DNA of 64,000 nt, taken from assembly GCA_020137815.1 (NCBI GenBank), contig CM035353.1, positions 2,046,001 to 2,110,000 on the forward strand, in the 5' to 3' direction. Origin of the DNA: Hormiphora californensis (lineage: Eukaryota > Animalia > Ctenophora). The notes under the pieces were generated by a model that did not search any database, was not told the origin of the DNA, and saw nothing but the letters and a program-made list of their open reading frames with translations. The first letter of the stretch is position 1; every line of letters begins with the position of its first letter. Made by a program: the position numbers and the translations under genes. Below, piece after piece: positions 47,455 to 59,336 of this stretch.

Positions 47455-48886
47455 AGGTTGACAAGATACCTAAAACTTTTCGTATATCGTCTTATTTTGA
47501 TTTATCATTAGTTTTCAGCATTTTTTTAGATTTTTTTTGTCGGCTAGAAAAAAATTCGAAATAGGGGGTCTACCGATATTGTCAGCACTGGTTTTACTGG
47601 GCACACTCACTGCGTCTCGCAAATTGAAATTCACGTTTCCGGTTCCTCAAAAGATAGCTACTTGATCTTGGTTGCGTTGGATTGGTCTCAATAAGACCTT
47701 TCCAACGCTACCAAAACGGTTTCTGTATCTCATCAGGAACCGGAGATATTACGGTATCAATTTTTAAATTGCGCCTCTCGTTTATCAGTAGAACCCATAT
47801 TTTGCACATATTTCTAGCCGACAAAGAATTCTGAAAAAATGCTGAAAATTAATGATAAATCAAAATAAGACGATATATCGTCTATATACAGTCGGACCCC
47901 GATTTACCGGGATCCTCGGGGGAAGCCATTTTGCCCGGTAAATCGGGGTGCCCGGTATATCGGGGTAGAACATATTTGACCCATAAATCCTACTTTTGTC
48001 CAAAATTCTATACCAAGACACCTCTAACTGTATAGTATACATTTATTGATGACAATATGATCATTGCTTCTGTCATTAGAAATAGAAAATTTAAAAAATT
48101 CAAAAAAAATTGTAAGGTAAACCACCCCGACCGAGTCCGAATCGTGTTTCGAATCGGTGCATCTTATCGCATGTCCTGCCACTAATTAGATGGTTCGAAA
48201 CGAACCGATACGTGATACCATGCCGAATCTGGGCACCTTAAGCGGGGTGAGGAAGTATCAAAGTTTCAAAATAACTTTTTCTCTGAAAATTTACGGGGAG
48301 CATCGATCAAAGAATTGACAATGATTCTGTAAAATTTTGCAAAAAAAAGTTTTGAAATTTTTCTAAGGTATACCAGCCACGTTCGAATCGTGTTTCGAAT
48401 CGGTGCATCTTATCACATGCCCTGCCGCTAATTAGACGGTTCGAAACGAACCGATACGTGATACCATGCCGAATCTGGGCACCCTAAGCGGGGTGAGGAA
48501 GTATCAAAATTTCAAAATAACTTTTTCCCTGAAAATTCACGGGGAGCATCGATCAAAGCAGTGACAATCATTCTGTAAAATTTTGCAAAAAAAAGTTATG
48601 AAATTTTTCTAAGGTATACCAGCCACGTTCGAATCGTGTTTCGAATCGGTGCATCTTATCACGTGTCCTGCCGCTAATTAGACGGTTCGAAACGAACCGA
48701 TACGTGATCCCCATTAGACCTAGCGAATTGCAAATGCAAGTTTACCAACCGGCCAAACTTCAAAAATTTTCCAAAAAAAATCGGGGGAAAGAAATCCTCC
48801 CGGTAAATCGGGGTTCCGGTAAATCGGGGCCCGGTAAATCGGGGTCCGACTGTATATACGAAAAGTTTTAGGTATCTTGTCAACCT
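47455..48886. mobile_element. Kolobok-like TTAA element with nested long family-A element (47889-48852)
   Basis: TTAA|AGGTTGACAAGATACC...GGTATCTTGTCAACCT|TTAA. The right TIR is split by the TA-flanked CAGTCGGACCCC element, which itself has a ~247-bp internal tandem repeat. Confidence 0.8.
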
Positions 48887-49041
48887 TTAACAACATACTA
48901 CTTATCATACAAATAAACATCATTCCGCCTGAATCTGTTTATACCCAGCAGAATCAATTTCATTAGCATCTTAGAAAAAAACGACATAGCAAAGAGTTAC
49001 ATATATAATCACCCAGAAGTCAGTTCTCATTGGTCAACGAC

Positions 49042-51291
49042 TTACAAAACTTTAGACAAAAACCGAAGCTCCACCTCAAGTTTCTCCGCCGTTTCATATT
49101 GTCCACTTTCAATAGCCGTTTTGATATCTCCCCGCAGCTTCTCGACTTTTTTCTCCACATCAGCCAACTCAATTCCAACCTCCTTATTAACTTCACGACA
49201 CTGCTTCTCCAGTTCCTCGCCCATGTTAACAGTAACACCCCTACCTCTAACGAGTAGAAGGTAATTGTACATGTAGGCAATATCATAATTTAGAAGCGTG
49301 CTGGTGACCCCTGTACAACTGCCACTTAGGCCCTCCACCGCAGTTTGCAGATGGGCTACTATCTTGGAGATACATTCACGGTCAAAGCCTGCTTGTTTCT
49401 CCCCTGCTTCCAAACGAACCCGTTTCAGCACCATTTGAACCCGATTTATCTCGCTGTCGAGCTCACGTTTCTCATTCTTTAACTCAGATTTCCGATCAGC
49501 TAACGATTTCACCTTGGCCGCAAGTTCACCCTCTTCGCGTACAATTCTTGCAGCTTCTGTGTACTGTTGCCGCTCAACTGCCTCATGTTTGAGGGATGTG
49601 AGGGCTTTCAACTCACTCTCAGCTAGGACAACCTCATTTTCAGCTCGGACCACGGCACGAGTTGCAGCAAACTGAGCGGAGTTTTTATCCTCTAACTCCT
49701 TTTCTAACTCGGCTGTTTGTTGGAAGAGGGCGATTAGGGAGGCGGGTGCTGTTAGGGAATCATCAGGGAGTAGGGTGCTCTGAACCTCTCCAACAACGTG
49801 CTCCTCATGCCGTGAGATCGCCTCTACAACCGAACTCTGGAGATCTGAAAGTCGTTGGGTAACCGCACTTTCAGTATCTGTAATTTTGGCGATTTGCCCG
49901 GATAACGCTTCAAACTCCTTTCGCCTTTCTCCTATCCTATCTTCCTCGGCCTTGATGGACATTTCCTTGATGTGCAGCTTTTCACTGTCTCTCTTTATCT
50001 CCTCTGCTTTACGTGCAAGTTTTGTGTCATTGTCACCCTTCTCCACATTGAGTTTGTTTTTCTCCGCTAGAATTCGCCCTTCTTCTGCCCTGAGTTTAGT
50101 TAGCCGAGCCTCTAAACCCCCGATCTCTGTCCTAATACCCGTCAATAGTTCCTCTTGGTAGGAGAGTTGTGCTGTGAAATCAGTGTCAACTGCAGCCCTA
50201 TCCGTCGCTAATGCACCCTCCAACTTCTCCAAATATTCTCGATCAATAGAGATGTGTTTTGCTCGACACTCCAGGGCGTTACTGGCATTCTCCAGTTCCA
50301 ACCGCTGCTTTTCAACTCTACTTTTACACCGTATTTCAACCTTCTTGCTGACCCCCTTGAACCTACTCCCCATTTCGCTCAGCTCAACACAATGCGACTT
50401 CAGTGACTCAACATGGGATCTTCGAGTTGAGTTTAGCTGGCTCAAAATATCACGAGTATCTTTATCCTGCCGTGGTGTCTGGTACTGCAGTACACCCCCA
50501 CCAGAAGTCTCAGCGGCACGCTTTGCAGCAGTTTTAAGGGCCTCTGCATCCTCGTATCGATCCTCCTTGAGTGCAGTTTCTATTTTAACCTTGACCTCCA
50601 CCTCATTCCTTTCTTTCCGTTGCACCGCAAGGATTCTCTGTACTGCACGGAGAGAAGTGCACTTTAGCATACTCTGAAGGTTGTCCAGATCGCGTTCAGA
50701 GGCTGAACGCTCCGGTGCACTGGCAAGGGACTCTAACTGTGCTGAAAACTCATCCACCTCCCGTTCCAATCGACCGAAGTAGTCCTGGTCGGACGAGGTC
50801 GATGAAGAGCGTGGAGAATCTTCTAACGGTGGGGGTGATGTTGGGTGGTTTTGGAAGGATACTGTAGGAAGAGGTGGGATAGAGGACGGACTTGACTGTT
50901 TTTTCCCTTCTCTCGGTGGCGTCGAAGTTGATTTTCCTTGATTGAAATTGGTATTATTTTGGGAATGTTGCCAACTTTTAGGAAGTCCTCTTTGCTGTGG
51001 GGGTGAAATGTCCAAACTGCTGAACTGGGTAGGTGGCATATCTTCATCGTGTTCAAAACTCATAGCGGGAAGGGAAGCAGGAGGGAGAGAAGAAGGAGGT
51101 TTCATGACATCAGGAGAATCAAAGTTGTATGATGTCGAGTGGGGAACATAGGACCGTGTCCCACGACTAGAATGGCCGCCCGGAGCAGTGGAACTCATTG
51201 ATTGAGTCATCGAGAACTTAGCATCGGTTTTCCCAAATATCTGGAGGCCATCGAACATGGATCCTTTGGCACTTTTATTCATGTTGCTCAT
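49042..51291 (-). CDS. Intronless 749-aa protein: S/P-rich N-terminus, long coiled coil, three UVR (UvrB/C)-like motifs
   Basis: Uninterrupted 2.25-kb ORF with heptad-rich sequence; motifs IETALKEDRYEDAEALK, KHEAVERQQYTEAARIV and IKTAIESGQYETAEKLE. Confidence 0.85.
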   Translation of the reverse strand: MSNMNKSAKGSMFDGLQIFGKTDAKFSMTQSMSSTAPGGHSSRGTRSYVPHSTSYNFDSPDVMKPPSSLPPASLPAMSFEHDEDMPPTQFSSLDISPPQQRGLPKSWQHSQNNTNFNQGKSTSTPPREGKKQSSPSSIPPLPTVSFQNHPTSPPPLEDSPRSSSTSSDQDYFGRLEREVDEFSAQLESLASAPERSASERDLDNLQSMLKCTSLRAVQRILAVQRKERNEVEVKVKIETALKEDRYEDAEALKTAAKRAAETSGGGVLQYQTPRQDKDTRDILSQLNSTRRSHVESLKSHCVELSEMGSRFKGVSKKVEIRCKSRVEKQRLELENASNALECRAKHISIDREYLEKLEGALATDRAAVDTDFTAQLSYQEELLTGIRTEIGGLEARLTKLRAEEGRILAEKNKLNVEKGDNDTKLARKAEEIKRDSEKLHIKEMSIKAEEDRIGERRKEFEALSGQIAKITDTESAVTQRLSDLQSSVVEAISRHEEHVVGEVQSTLLPDDSLTAPASLIALFQQTAELEKELEDKNSAQFAATRAVVRAENEVVLAESELKALTSLKHEAVERQQYTEAARIVREEGELAAKVKSLADRKSELKNEKRELDSEINRVQMVLKRVRLEAGEKQAGFDRECISKIVAHLQTAVEGLSGSCTGVTSTLLNYDIAYMYNYLLLVRGRGVTVNMGEELEKQCREVNKEVGIELADVEKKVEKLRGDIKTAIESGQYETAEKLEVELRFLSKVL

Positions 51292-51774
51292 GATGTTGTT
51301 GTGAAGATTGTTTCCCTTCAGGTCATAGCGGCTAATTGGGGATAGGGGAAGTTAGTGGTACATGTTAATGGAGTATTATTTCAATATTATTTGAGAACTA
51401 TTGGAGATGTAAACCAAACTGGGGAGAATGATTGAATAGATTTCTTATCATACATAACTGACTTCAATTCATTTATTTTTTCTAATTTTTCGTCATAACT
51501 TAAATAAATTGTTCGTGGTCAAATATCGCGTTTCCTAACTAAATAATTATAGTGCAATCAATTCACATGACATTTGACAATGCAATCCATACATAATATA
51601 TTATATGTATACGCTGGTCGGGAAGATTTGTAAAAAATGTCACTCCGTAAAAAGATATACAATGTACTAGTCTACCATTCAGCCCATTGCTATTCACTAT
51701 CTTAGCATGCCCGATACGATCTAGGTAAACCAAACATTTTACTATAAAATAACTGTCTGATCCCACTCCATCGA

Positions 51775-53891
51775 CTATCCCGGTAGTTTTATCGAACTTT
51801 GTGCATTTTTCACGATCCACGGATGGGCAAGAATGTCTGACAGGGTTGGTCTGAGTTTAGCGTCGACCACCAAAATCTTGGATATCAGGTCGGCTGCTTC
51901 TCGATTCACATACTCAGGAATCTCGTACTAAAATGAGTGGAATGGGAGATAAAGAAAAGGAAATATTTTAATACAACGATGGTGATCTATCTAGGTCGAA
52001 ACTTAAAACCCCACACGCTCCTATCTTCCCGCTCCTACCTTGCATGTTTTGATGTTTTCTAGTGTCGCATGAGTAGATTCCAGCTCAAAGGGAGCCTTGC
52101 CGACCAGAAACTCGTAAACCAGAATTCCAACACACCAAATATCAACGAACTCGTCATACTGAGGGGGAGATATTATTCAAGAAAACACGGTGACGTTTGG
52201 GGCTGTGGCATTGCCACCACAGTTGAATTTAATTCGAATGGCTCATTTCCCCAATACAATAAGCATCCTCAATAAATAGTTTTACGTTTTAGTTGATTAA
52301 ATATAGAGATAGAGAGAGATAATACTGAATACTTAGTCAGTTATTTCTGCATCTTCACTAAATCTAGTTAAATGATAATCTCAGTCACTGACCCAAGGAG
52401 GTGATTACGTGGGAAATTAAATTAGTTTGGTGTATCAATTAGTATCAATTAGTATCAATTAGCATCAATTAGTATCAATTAGTGTTCACCTGCTGATTAT
52501 GCAGCATTTCTGGGGGTAGGTAATCGACTGTGCCACAAAGTGTTTTCCTTCGTGAGTTGGGGGAGTGAATGGCCCAACCAAAATCTCCCAATTTCAATAA
52601 CAGCTCATCGTTAGAACCTGCAGATTTTAATAAACCCTTCAATTCAGTTTGGAAGGCATTTAGCGAGAAGCCCGGGCTGGCAAACTCCCTCCAACATAGG
52701 GGATGGTGAATTGTACCTACCTAATTTATTGTAATAGCACAAGTTTACATAGATGTTTTAGTTCAAGCTGAGAGTTCTCAGCATCAAAGTTTAGTTACAG
52801 TAGCGCTCTCCCTTGAAATTCACTCTCACCTGGCATTGTGCCCAGAAAGATATTCTCAGGTTTAAATTCACTCTCACCTGGCATTGTGCCCAGAAAGATA
52901 TTTTCAGGTTTAATATCACGATGTAGTACGTTGTGACCGTGTGTGTAGACCAGCGCCTCAGCAAGTTGTTTTATCAATGTAGCGGCCAAGGAATCAGTGA
53001 ACCGTCCCGCTTTCTTTAGATGCTTGTAAATATCGCTCTCTTTCGCGTATTCCAACACGACGTATATTTTAGCTGAGTGAACGAGGGGTTTTACAAGGGA
53101 CTAGGAACCGACCGAAACAAGTAAACAACCAATCAGAACTCGTTATTTAGGTCACGTGACTGGTTATCAGCCAATCAGGGACCAGTATTTCCTGATTCGG
53201 TCGGTTCCTGGGACCATCATCATCATGCGATCATGTGGAGAATTGGTAAAAACCCAGAACATCAATCCCCCACTTACTCGCATCATGGAAATATCCATAT
53301 AACCGGATAATATTTTGATGCCGTAACCGCCACTGAATTTCCAGTTCTCTCCTCAGCTGCTGAAGTGCCTCGTTCTGCTCAACCTCCTCCTTGTCTAGAC
53401 ACTTGATGGCAACCACAAACTTACTCTTCTTCTCCCGTGCCAGGTACACCTTCCCCATTTTACCTTTACCCAACGGCTTACCTGTAGATAGCGGACAAGA
53501 GAAGTATGAGAGATCTGTTATTGAATCCCTATTTAAAGACTCGTTTTTGTGCGAGACGATGACCCTGCTGAGGATCTGATCTTCTACTGTGAAGAGAGTG
53601 AGAAGGCACAAAACCTGGCACATTAACATTCTGAAATTACTATAGTGGGAATTGGAAGTGGGTCTAGAATTCTTTGCGTAGAGTACATGTTGAGTTGGCC
53701 GTGTGACCAAAATCTTTATTATTATTATTATCATTATTGTTATTGCATGTACCTATATCAAAGTCATCTATACTCCACGATGGTAACTTGTTCTCTTTAT
53801 TTCCTGGGTTTCCTGCTGGTGCCTGAAACTGTACACTCTTTCCTGATTGATCACCTTCAGGTTTTTTAGCAGGTCCCTTTCCTTTCAGCAT
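51775..53891 (-). CDS. Aurora kinase, 6 coding exons
   Basis: Exons: 53891-53753 (...WSIDDFDIG), 53481-53278 ([26 protein letters not shown]...[25 protein letters not shown]), 53071-52878 (HRDIKPEN), 52617-52490 ([27 protein letters not shown]), 52158-52039 ([19 protein letters not shown]) and 51927-51775 (ILAHPWI...stop). Confidence 0.92.
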
Positions 53892-53928
53892 CTTTCTGAT
53901 TTTAAAAGATACGTGTATAATATATTGA

Positions 53929-56900
53929 TAGATCAAAAAAACAAAAGAAATTTGTTTGGAACACCCGTGGCCTTTTTACGATACTTGGCGCTACGGGAAA
54001 CGCACCCATAATCTGAGCTACTAGGTATTGTTATGTCATCGATCTCTCTCCAAGTTCTCACACTTTTTCACTCTCCCTCTCTTTTACTTTTACTCCGACG
54101 AAGGGTGCATTTCCCGTAGCGCCAAGTATCGTAAAAAGGCCACGAGTGTTCCAAACAAATTTCTTTTGTTTTTTTGATCTAGTTTCTCAGGTTTTTTTGT
54201 ATACAGGTATCAAAATATGCAAATAACGATGCGAGATACGATGCGAGATACGACTTTTTGTCCGGGGGACGACCCCATATAAATCGATCATTCTGCGTCG
54301 AAATTTGTCCATAACGTTCTAGGACCAGCTAAAATGGAAATATTCAAAATACGCATTTAATCATGAATCTGCGCATAAATATGCAAATAACGGCTAAACG
54401 GTGCGAGATACGACTTTTTGTCCGGGGGACGACCCCCCATAAATCGACCATTCTGCGTCAAAATATGTCCATGAAAACTTTCTAGGACCAGCTGAAATGG
54501 AAATATCCAGAATATGCATTAAATCATGAATCTGTGCATAAATATGCAAATAACGGCTAAACGGTGCGAGATACGACTTTTTGTCCGGGGGACGACCCCC
54601 CATAAATCGACCATTCTGCGTCAAAATATGTCCATGAAAACTTTCTAGGACCAGCTGAAATGGAAATATCCAGAATATGCATTAAATCATGAATCTGTGC
54701 ATAAATATGCAAATAACGGCTAAACGGTGTGAGATACGACTTTTTGTCCGGGGGGCGACCCCCCATAAATCGACCATTCTGCGTCGAAATATATCCATGA
54801 AAACTTTCTAGGACCAGCTGAAATGGAAATATTCAAATATGCATTAAATCATGAATCTGCGCATAAATATGCAAATAACGGCTAAACGGTGCGAGATACG
54901 ACTTTTTGTCCGGGGGTTGACCCCCCATAAAGTGAGTATTCTGCGTCGAAATATGTCATTTGAAATGTCCTTACAACAGCCAATACCGAGATAATCATAA
55001 AATTATACATAAATTATGCATAATTAAGGGTACGCTAACCAAAAATTTTTTTCGAGTGCAGGGAAATCTCTCACCTTAGGGTTGTAGGCCATGCCAAGGA
55101 GACCTCAAATATGCAATTTGAGCTCTCAAGTCGAATTCATATTTTTGCTACAGCTGCTTGAAAAATGAACTGAAAATAAGTTTTTGGCATCTTAAAAATA
55201 CATTTGTAAAGATAGGATCATAAAAATTTGTGGATTTGAAGAGGACAAAGAGGTGAGTAGCCACAAAAAATTTTTTTGAAATCCGAGCTGATTTCCGGTC
55301 CTGAGATGGATTTCTTTTTTTTGACTTTAACGCCATATTTGGCCAAGTTCCGAAAATATGTGAAAGCTGTAAATTGGTCAAAAGTTGCGTCTAACGATTC
55401 TCTATATGGCCATAAATTTTGGGCGCGTCCTTATTTGAGATAAGCTGTACAGAGGTTTTTTTGTGAAAGCCGTCATTTCAGAAATAAATAAATTCCCTGT
55501 ATCTCAAAAACGACTGATCGTAGAGACCTGAGACTATGCTTAAACGATTCAGAAGGTCCGATTTTGGGGGGGTCTTCTGAGAGACATTTTGCTCCTACTT
55601 CAACCGTTTTTGCTGTAATTGCGAAAAACAAAAATCCATCTTCGCCATCGTGGATTTTTTGTGATTTTGTTTTTGGTGATTATAGGGACCCATATGGACC
55701 AAATAGTGAAGAAAGTAGCTTGTTACACATTTTTCCATAGTTTCGGTCCTTTCTTAGCTAAAATTCCCTAATTACAGGATATTGGATTTTAGCTTTTGCC
55801 CTTTTCATAGAATTTGTTTTTCGCAATTACAGCAAAAACGGTTGAAGTAAGAGCAAAATGTCTCTCAGAAGACCCCCCCAAAATCGGACCTTCTGAATCG
55901 TTTAAGCATAGTCTCAGGTCTCTACGATCAGTCGTTTTTGAGATACAGGGAATTTATTTATTTCTGAAATGACGGCTTTCACAAAAAAACCTCTGTACAG
56001 CTTATCTCAAATAAGGACACGCCCAAAATTTATGGCCACTTAGATAATCGTTAGACGCAACTTTTCACCAATTTACAGCTTTCACATGTTTTCGGAACTT
56101 TGCCAAATAGGGCGTTAAAGTGGAAAAAAAGAAATCCATCTCAGGACCGGAAATCAGCTCGGATTGCAAAAAAAATTTTTGTGGTTATTCACCTTCATGT
56201 CCTCTTCAAATCCCCAAATTTTCATGCTCCTATCTTTAAAATAATTTTTTTGAGATGCCAAAAACGTATTTACAGGACATTTTTTAAACAGCTGTAGCAA
56301 AAATATGAATTCGACTTAAGGGCTAAAATTGCATATTTGAGGTCTCCTTGGCATGGCCTACAACCCTACGGTGAGAGATTTCCCTGCACTCGAAAAAAAT
56401 TTTTGGTTAGCGTACCCTTAATGACTTCCCATGCTCAAATCAAAATTTTATATAGCCTACTACATGTAGAATATTCGATTTATGGGGGGTCGTCCCTGGG
56501 ACAAAAAGCTCTAAATCCAGCCGTTTTCGCTCAGTTTGGTCTGTAAAAAGGTCGTGCATATGTACGGAGTATAAATATGCAAATAGCGGCTAAACGGTGC
56601 GAGATACGACTTTTTGTCTGGGGGACGACCCCCCATAAATCGATCATTCTGCGTCGAAATATGACCATGAAAACTTTCTAGGACCAGCTGAAGTGGAAAT
56701 ATTCAGAATATGCATTAAATTATGAATCGGCGCATAAATATGCAAATTAAGGCTAAACGGTGCGAGATACGACTTTTTATCTAGGGGACGACCCCCCACA
56801 AATCGACTATTCTCCGTCCAATGCGACCAATGAAAAGCCGCTATCATTAGTAGAACCTGAGATATTCAGATATGCATATTGTCATAATTATGCGCATATA

Positions 56901-57550
56901 ACTCCTTAACGGTTCAAGTTAGAGAAAATTGTCCCGAGTAAGACCCCCCATAAATCGAATATTTTGCGTCGGTTAGAACCGTTCATTTTTCTCTAATATG
57001 AGTCATTACCGAGATATTCATAAATTTATACATAAATTATGCATAATTAATGACTTAATGATCTCCAATCAAGATGCCACATACTTTATGACACACAGAA
57101 TAACTAGAGTAACCTAAGTTTAAAATTTCAGGGCTCTAGCTTTAGCCGTTTTTCCAGGCGAATGTTTGCAAAATGGTGGTGCCTTGTATGTATGTATAGT
57201 GTCTACACAGGGTGTGTTTGGGACCCCCCTCGTAACTTTTGAACGAAACGACCGATCCACTTGAAATTTATATCACTAACAGTAATGGTAGAGGTACCTA
57301 TGACTACAAAATTTCAGCTCGCTAGCTTATCGGGAACATGGTCAAACAGGCGCTCAAAAAGGGCGTTTGTCGCATCCGTATGGTATACTGCACTGGCCCC
57401 CACTGGGGGGGGGGGGTAAATGAACTTCTCGCGCCGGATTTAATTGTTTCAGAGTCATGATTTGATATGACTGGGGATATTTTTAATGCTGGGGGCTGTG
57501 CCCCCAGACCCCCCTAAGGCCACGGGGCACTTGCCAGTGCAGTGATATAG
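53929..57550. mobile_element. Putative Helitron/Helentron-like element with 163-bp satellite array, interrupted by the Kolobok-like foldback
   Basis: 72-bp inverted repeat (53929-54000 / 54110-54181), 163-bp units at ~54213-54950 and ~56572-56975, and GC-rich hairpin-like sequence at ~57490-57545. Boundaries are approximate. Confidence 0.5.
55028..56417. mobile_element. Second copy of the 1.39-kb Kolobok-like foldback element
   Basis: TTAA-flanked, with the same TIRs and spacer as 14863-16254. An empty-site equivalent (GCATAATTAATGACTT) is seen at ~57041-57056. Confidence 0.85.
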
Positions 57551-57687
57551 ACGCTCAGAAGGTAAACAATTAATTCCCACACACAAATCAAAAGAAATCA
57601 GATAATATAGAACATGTAAAAACTTCAAGTAGACAAAAAATTGGAGGAAAAGACAATTAAAATACGTTTCTGCCTTCTCTCCCCCTC

Positions 57688-58599
57688 TCAATCAATGTTG
57701 AGTGGTAGCTCATAGTAACTTGACACAGTTTGTCCCCTAGACCCGATCGGCTCTGCAGTCCAAACCACCTGAACACAATACCCTGCAGACTGGTTGTTTT
57801 GAACCACCCTGTATATCAGAACCACTTGTTCGAGGGGCCCCAGTTTCAGTGGCATCGGAAGGTGAGAAACAGGTCGGAGCACACAGTCACCCTCCTGTTT
57901 ACTCGGATAAACCTGGAGACTTTTGGCAGTAATTGGTAATTGGATTGTGTTGGTTATCATAATCTTTAGGAGGGTAGAGTCTGATGTATCCAAGTAGCTC
58001 CAATATACATTGATGGGATTAACCAACTTGATATCTACATAAACTTTAAACTCCATAGGGTTTTTAAGGTAGCTCTGAAGATTGCGACCCGTGGCGAAAC
58101 TCTCTAGTATGTTGTCGATGTTACCTTTCTGGTTTTGAATGCCCGTAAACAGGAGCTTTGCTCTTTTACTGGTGGGGGACAACCCCCCAAGACTTGTGCA
58201 CAGTGGAAAAAGGACATGACCCTCAGAGGTAATTTGCGGTTTAAAGTACTCATTGCTCACATGTTTTGGGTGGCTATTCTCAGCGGAGTAAAGCCGACAC
58301 TGATTCATACCATCAACGGGGAGGAGTTCCTCCGTTTTATCATCTTGCGAGCTGACCTCAACACCAATATTTAGCGACTGTAAATGTTCCTTCCAGTTGT
58401 CGTACAACGTGCTCCCTACCGATCCCTTGTATTTTACAATCAGATAGATGTAGAGATATTCCTGAATGAATGCCTGGTCACGAGACGTGCTGTTGGAAAT
58501 ATCGTATTTGTCGTGCAGACTCAGCGGCATAGATATGAAGTAGTTGTTTTCATCGGGCGGAGGTTTTAATCGACCGGATTCGTTCCGTCGACTCGACAT
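57688..58599 (-). CDS. TRAPPC14: TRAPPC14 (C7orf43/MAP11)-like protein, single ORF of about 303 aa
   Basis: Colinear similarity, recognised from memory of human TRAPPC14: RDQAFIQEYLYIYLIVK ~ RNHLYLGETVRFLLVLR; VLFPLCTSLGGLSPTSKRAKL ~ VIFPLTVSLDRLPPGTPKAKI; LPMPLKLGPLEQ; VVWTAEP...SYYELP. First ATG at 58599. Confidence 0.6.
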   Translation of the reverse strand: MSSRRNESGRLKPPPDENNYFISMPLSLHDKYDISNSTSRDQAFIQEYLYIYLIVKYKGSVGSTLYDNWKEHLQSLNIGVEVSSQDDKTEELLPVDGMNQCRLYSAENSHPKHVSNEYFKPQITSEGHVLFPLCTSLGGLSPTSKRAKLLFTGIQNQKGNIDNILESFATGRNLQSYLKNPMEFKVYVDIKLVNPINVYWSYLDTSDSTLLKIMITNTIQLPITAKSLQVYPSKQEGDCVLRPVSHLPMPLKLGPLEQVVLIYRVVQNNQSAGYCVQVVWTAEPIGSRGQTVSSYYELPLNID

Positions 58600-59336
58600 A
58601 ATTAGTGGTGACACATTGATTTAACAATTGAACCTAAAAAGAGTTTGATTATTAATATTTAATAGTTTGGTTGGGCAGTATCTGTTCGACCAATGCAATA
58701 GGTAAACGCCAAACGGCATAGGTAAATGACATACAGTCTTCTGTTCCAATGAGGCGGTCAAAAGATCCCATGTTACAACAGACGTGCCCTCGAAGTCGAA
58801 TAGAGCTAATTTTGTCTATTCTGTCCGATGCTTAATTGACCCATGCTGCACTTTGCAAAATGTGTGCGATGGCGCGTGGCGGACTGTAGCACAGGTCAAG
58901 TGGAATAATACAAAGTGCGATAATGCAAAGCTTTCCAACATTAAACTTCTGGGGCGGGCGGTCGGTCGGCGGAGCCCCTGCGGTGGGATGGAACAGCGGG
59001 GTCCATGGGCGGGTTTTAAGCGGTTAAACCCCCCTCAACCGGGTTCCACGGGCTGTTAACCCAGGTAGGGGTCGAAAGGGCAAAGAATCCAAGGCATTTT
59101 CACCACATGGCTGCTAGGTCCTTCGTTGGTCCTGAAATGGGGGTGCCTACGATCTGGGTGTTTGGTGGCATGTTTACAGGTGTGCACTGCCAAACAGTTT
59201 GATTCACTAAAATGGCTCTAACCGGCATACCACTCAACCGTTTTGGCTAATTCAAAGTTTGTGTGGTATGAAATGTCAAGGCCTAACCCCAACCCTAACC
59301 CTAACCCTGAAAAACCGTTTGTCAGCACTTACGGAA

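Noticed and set aside
49662-51151. Plus-strand ORFs overlapping the 749-aa ORF
   Set aside because: Antisense shadows of a coiled-coil coding region.
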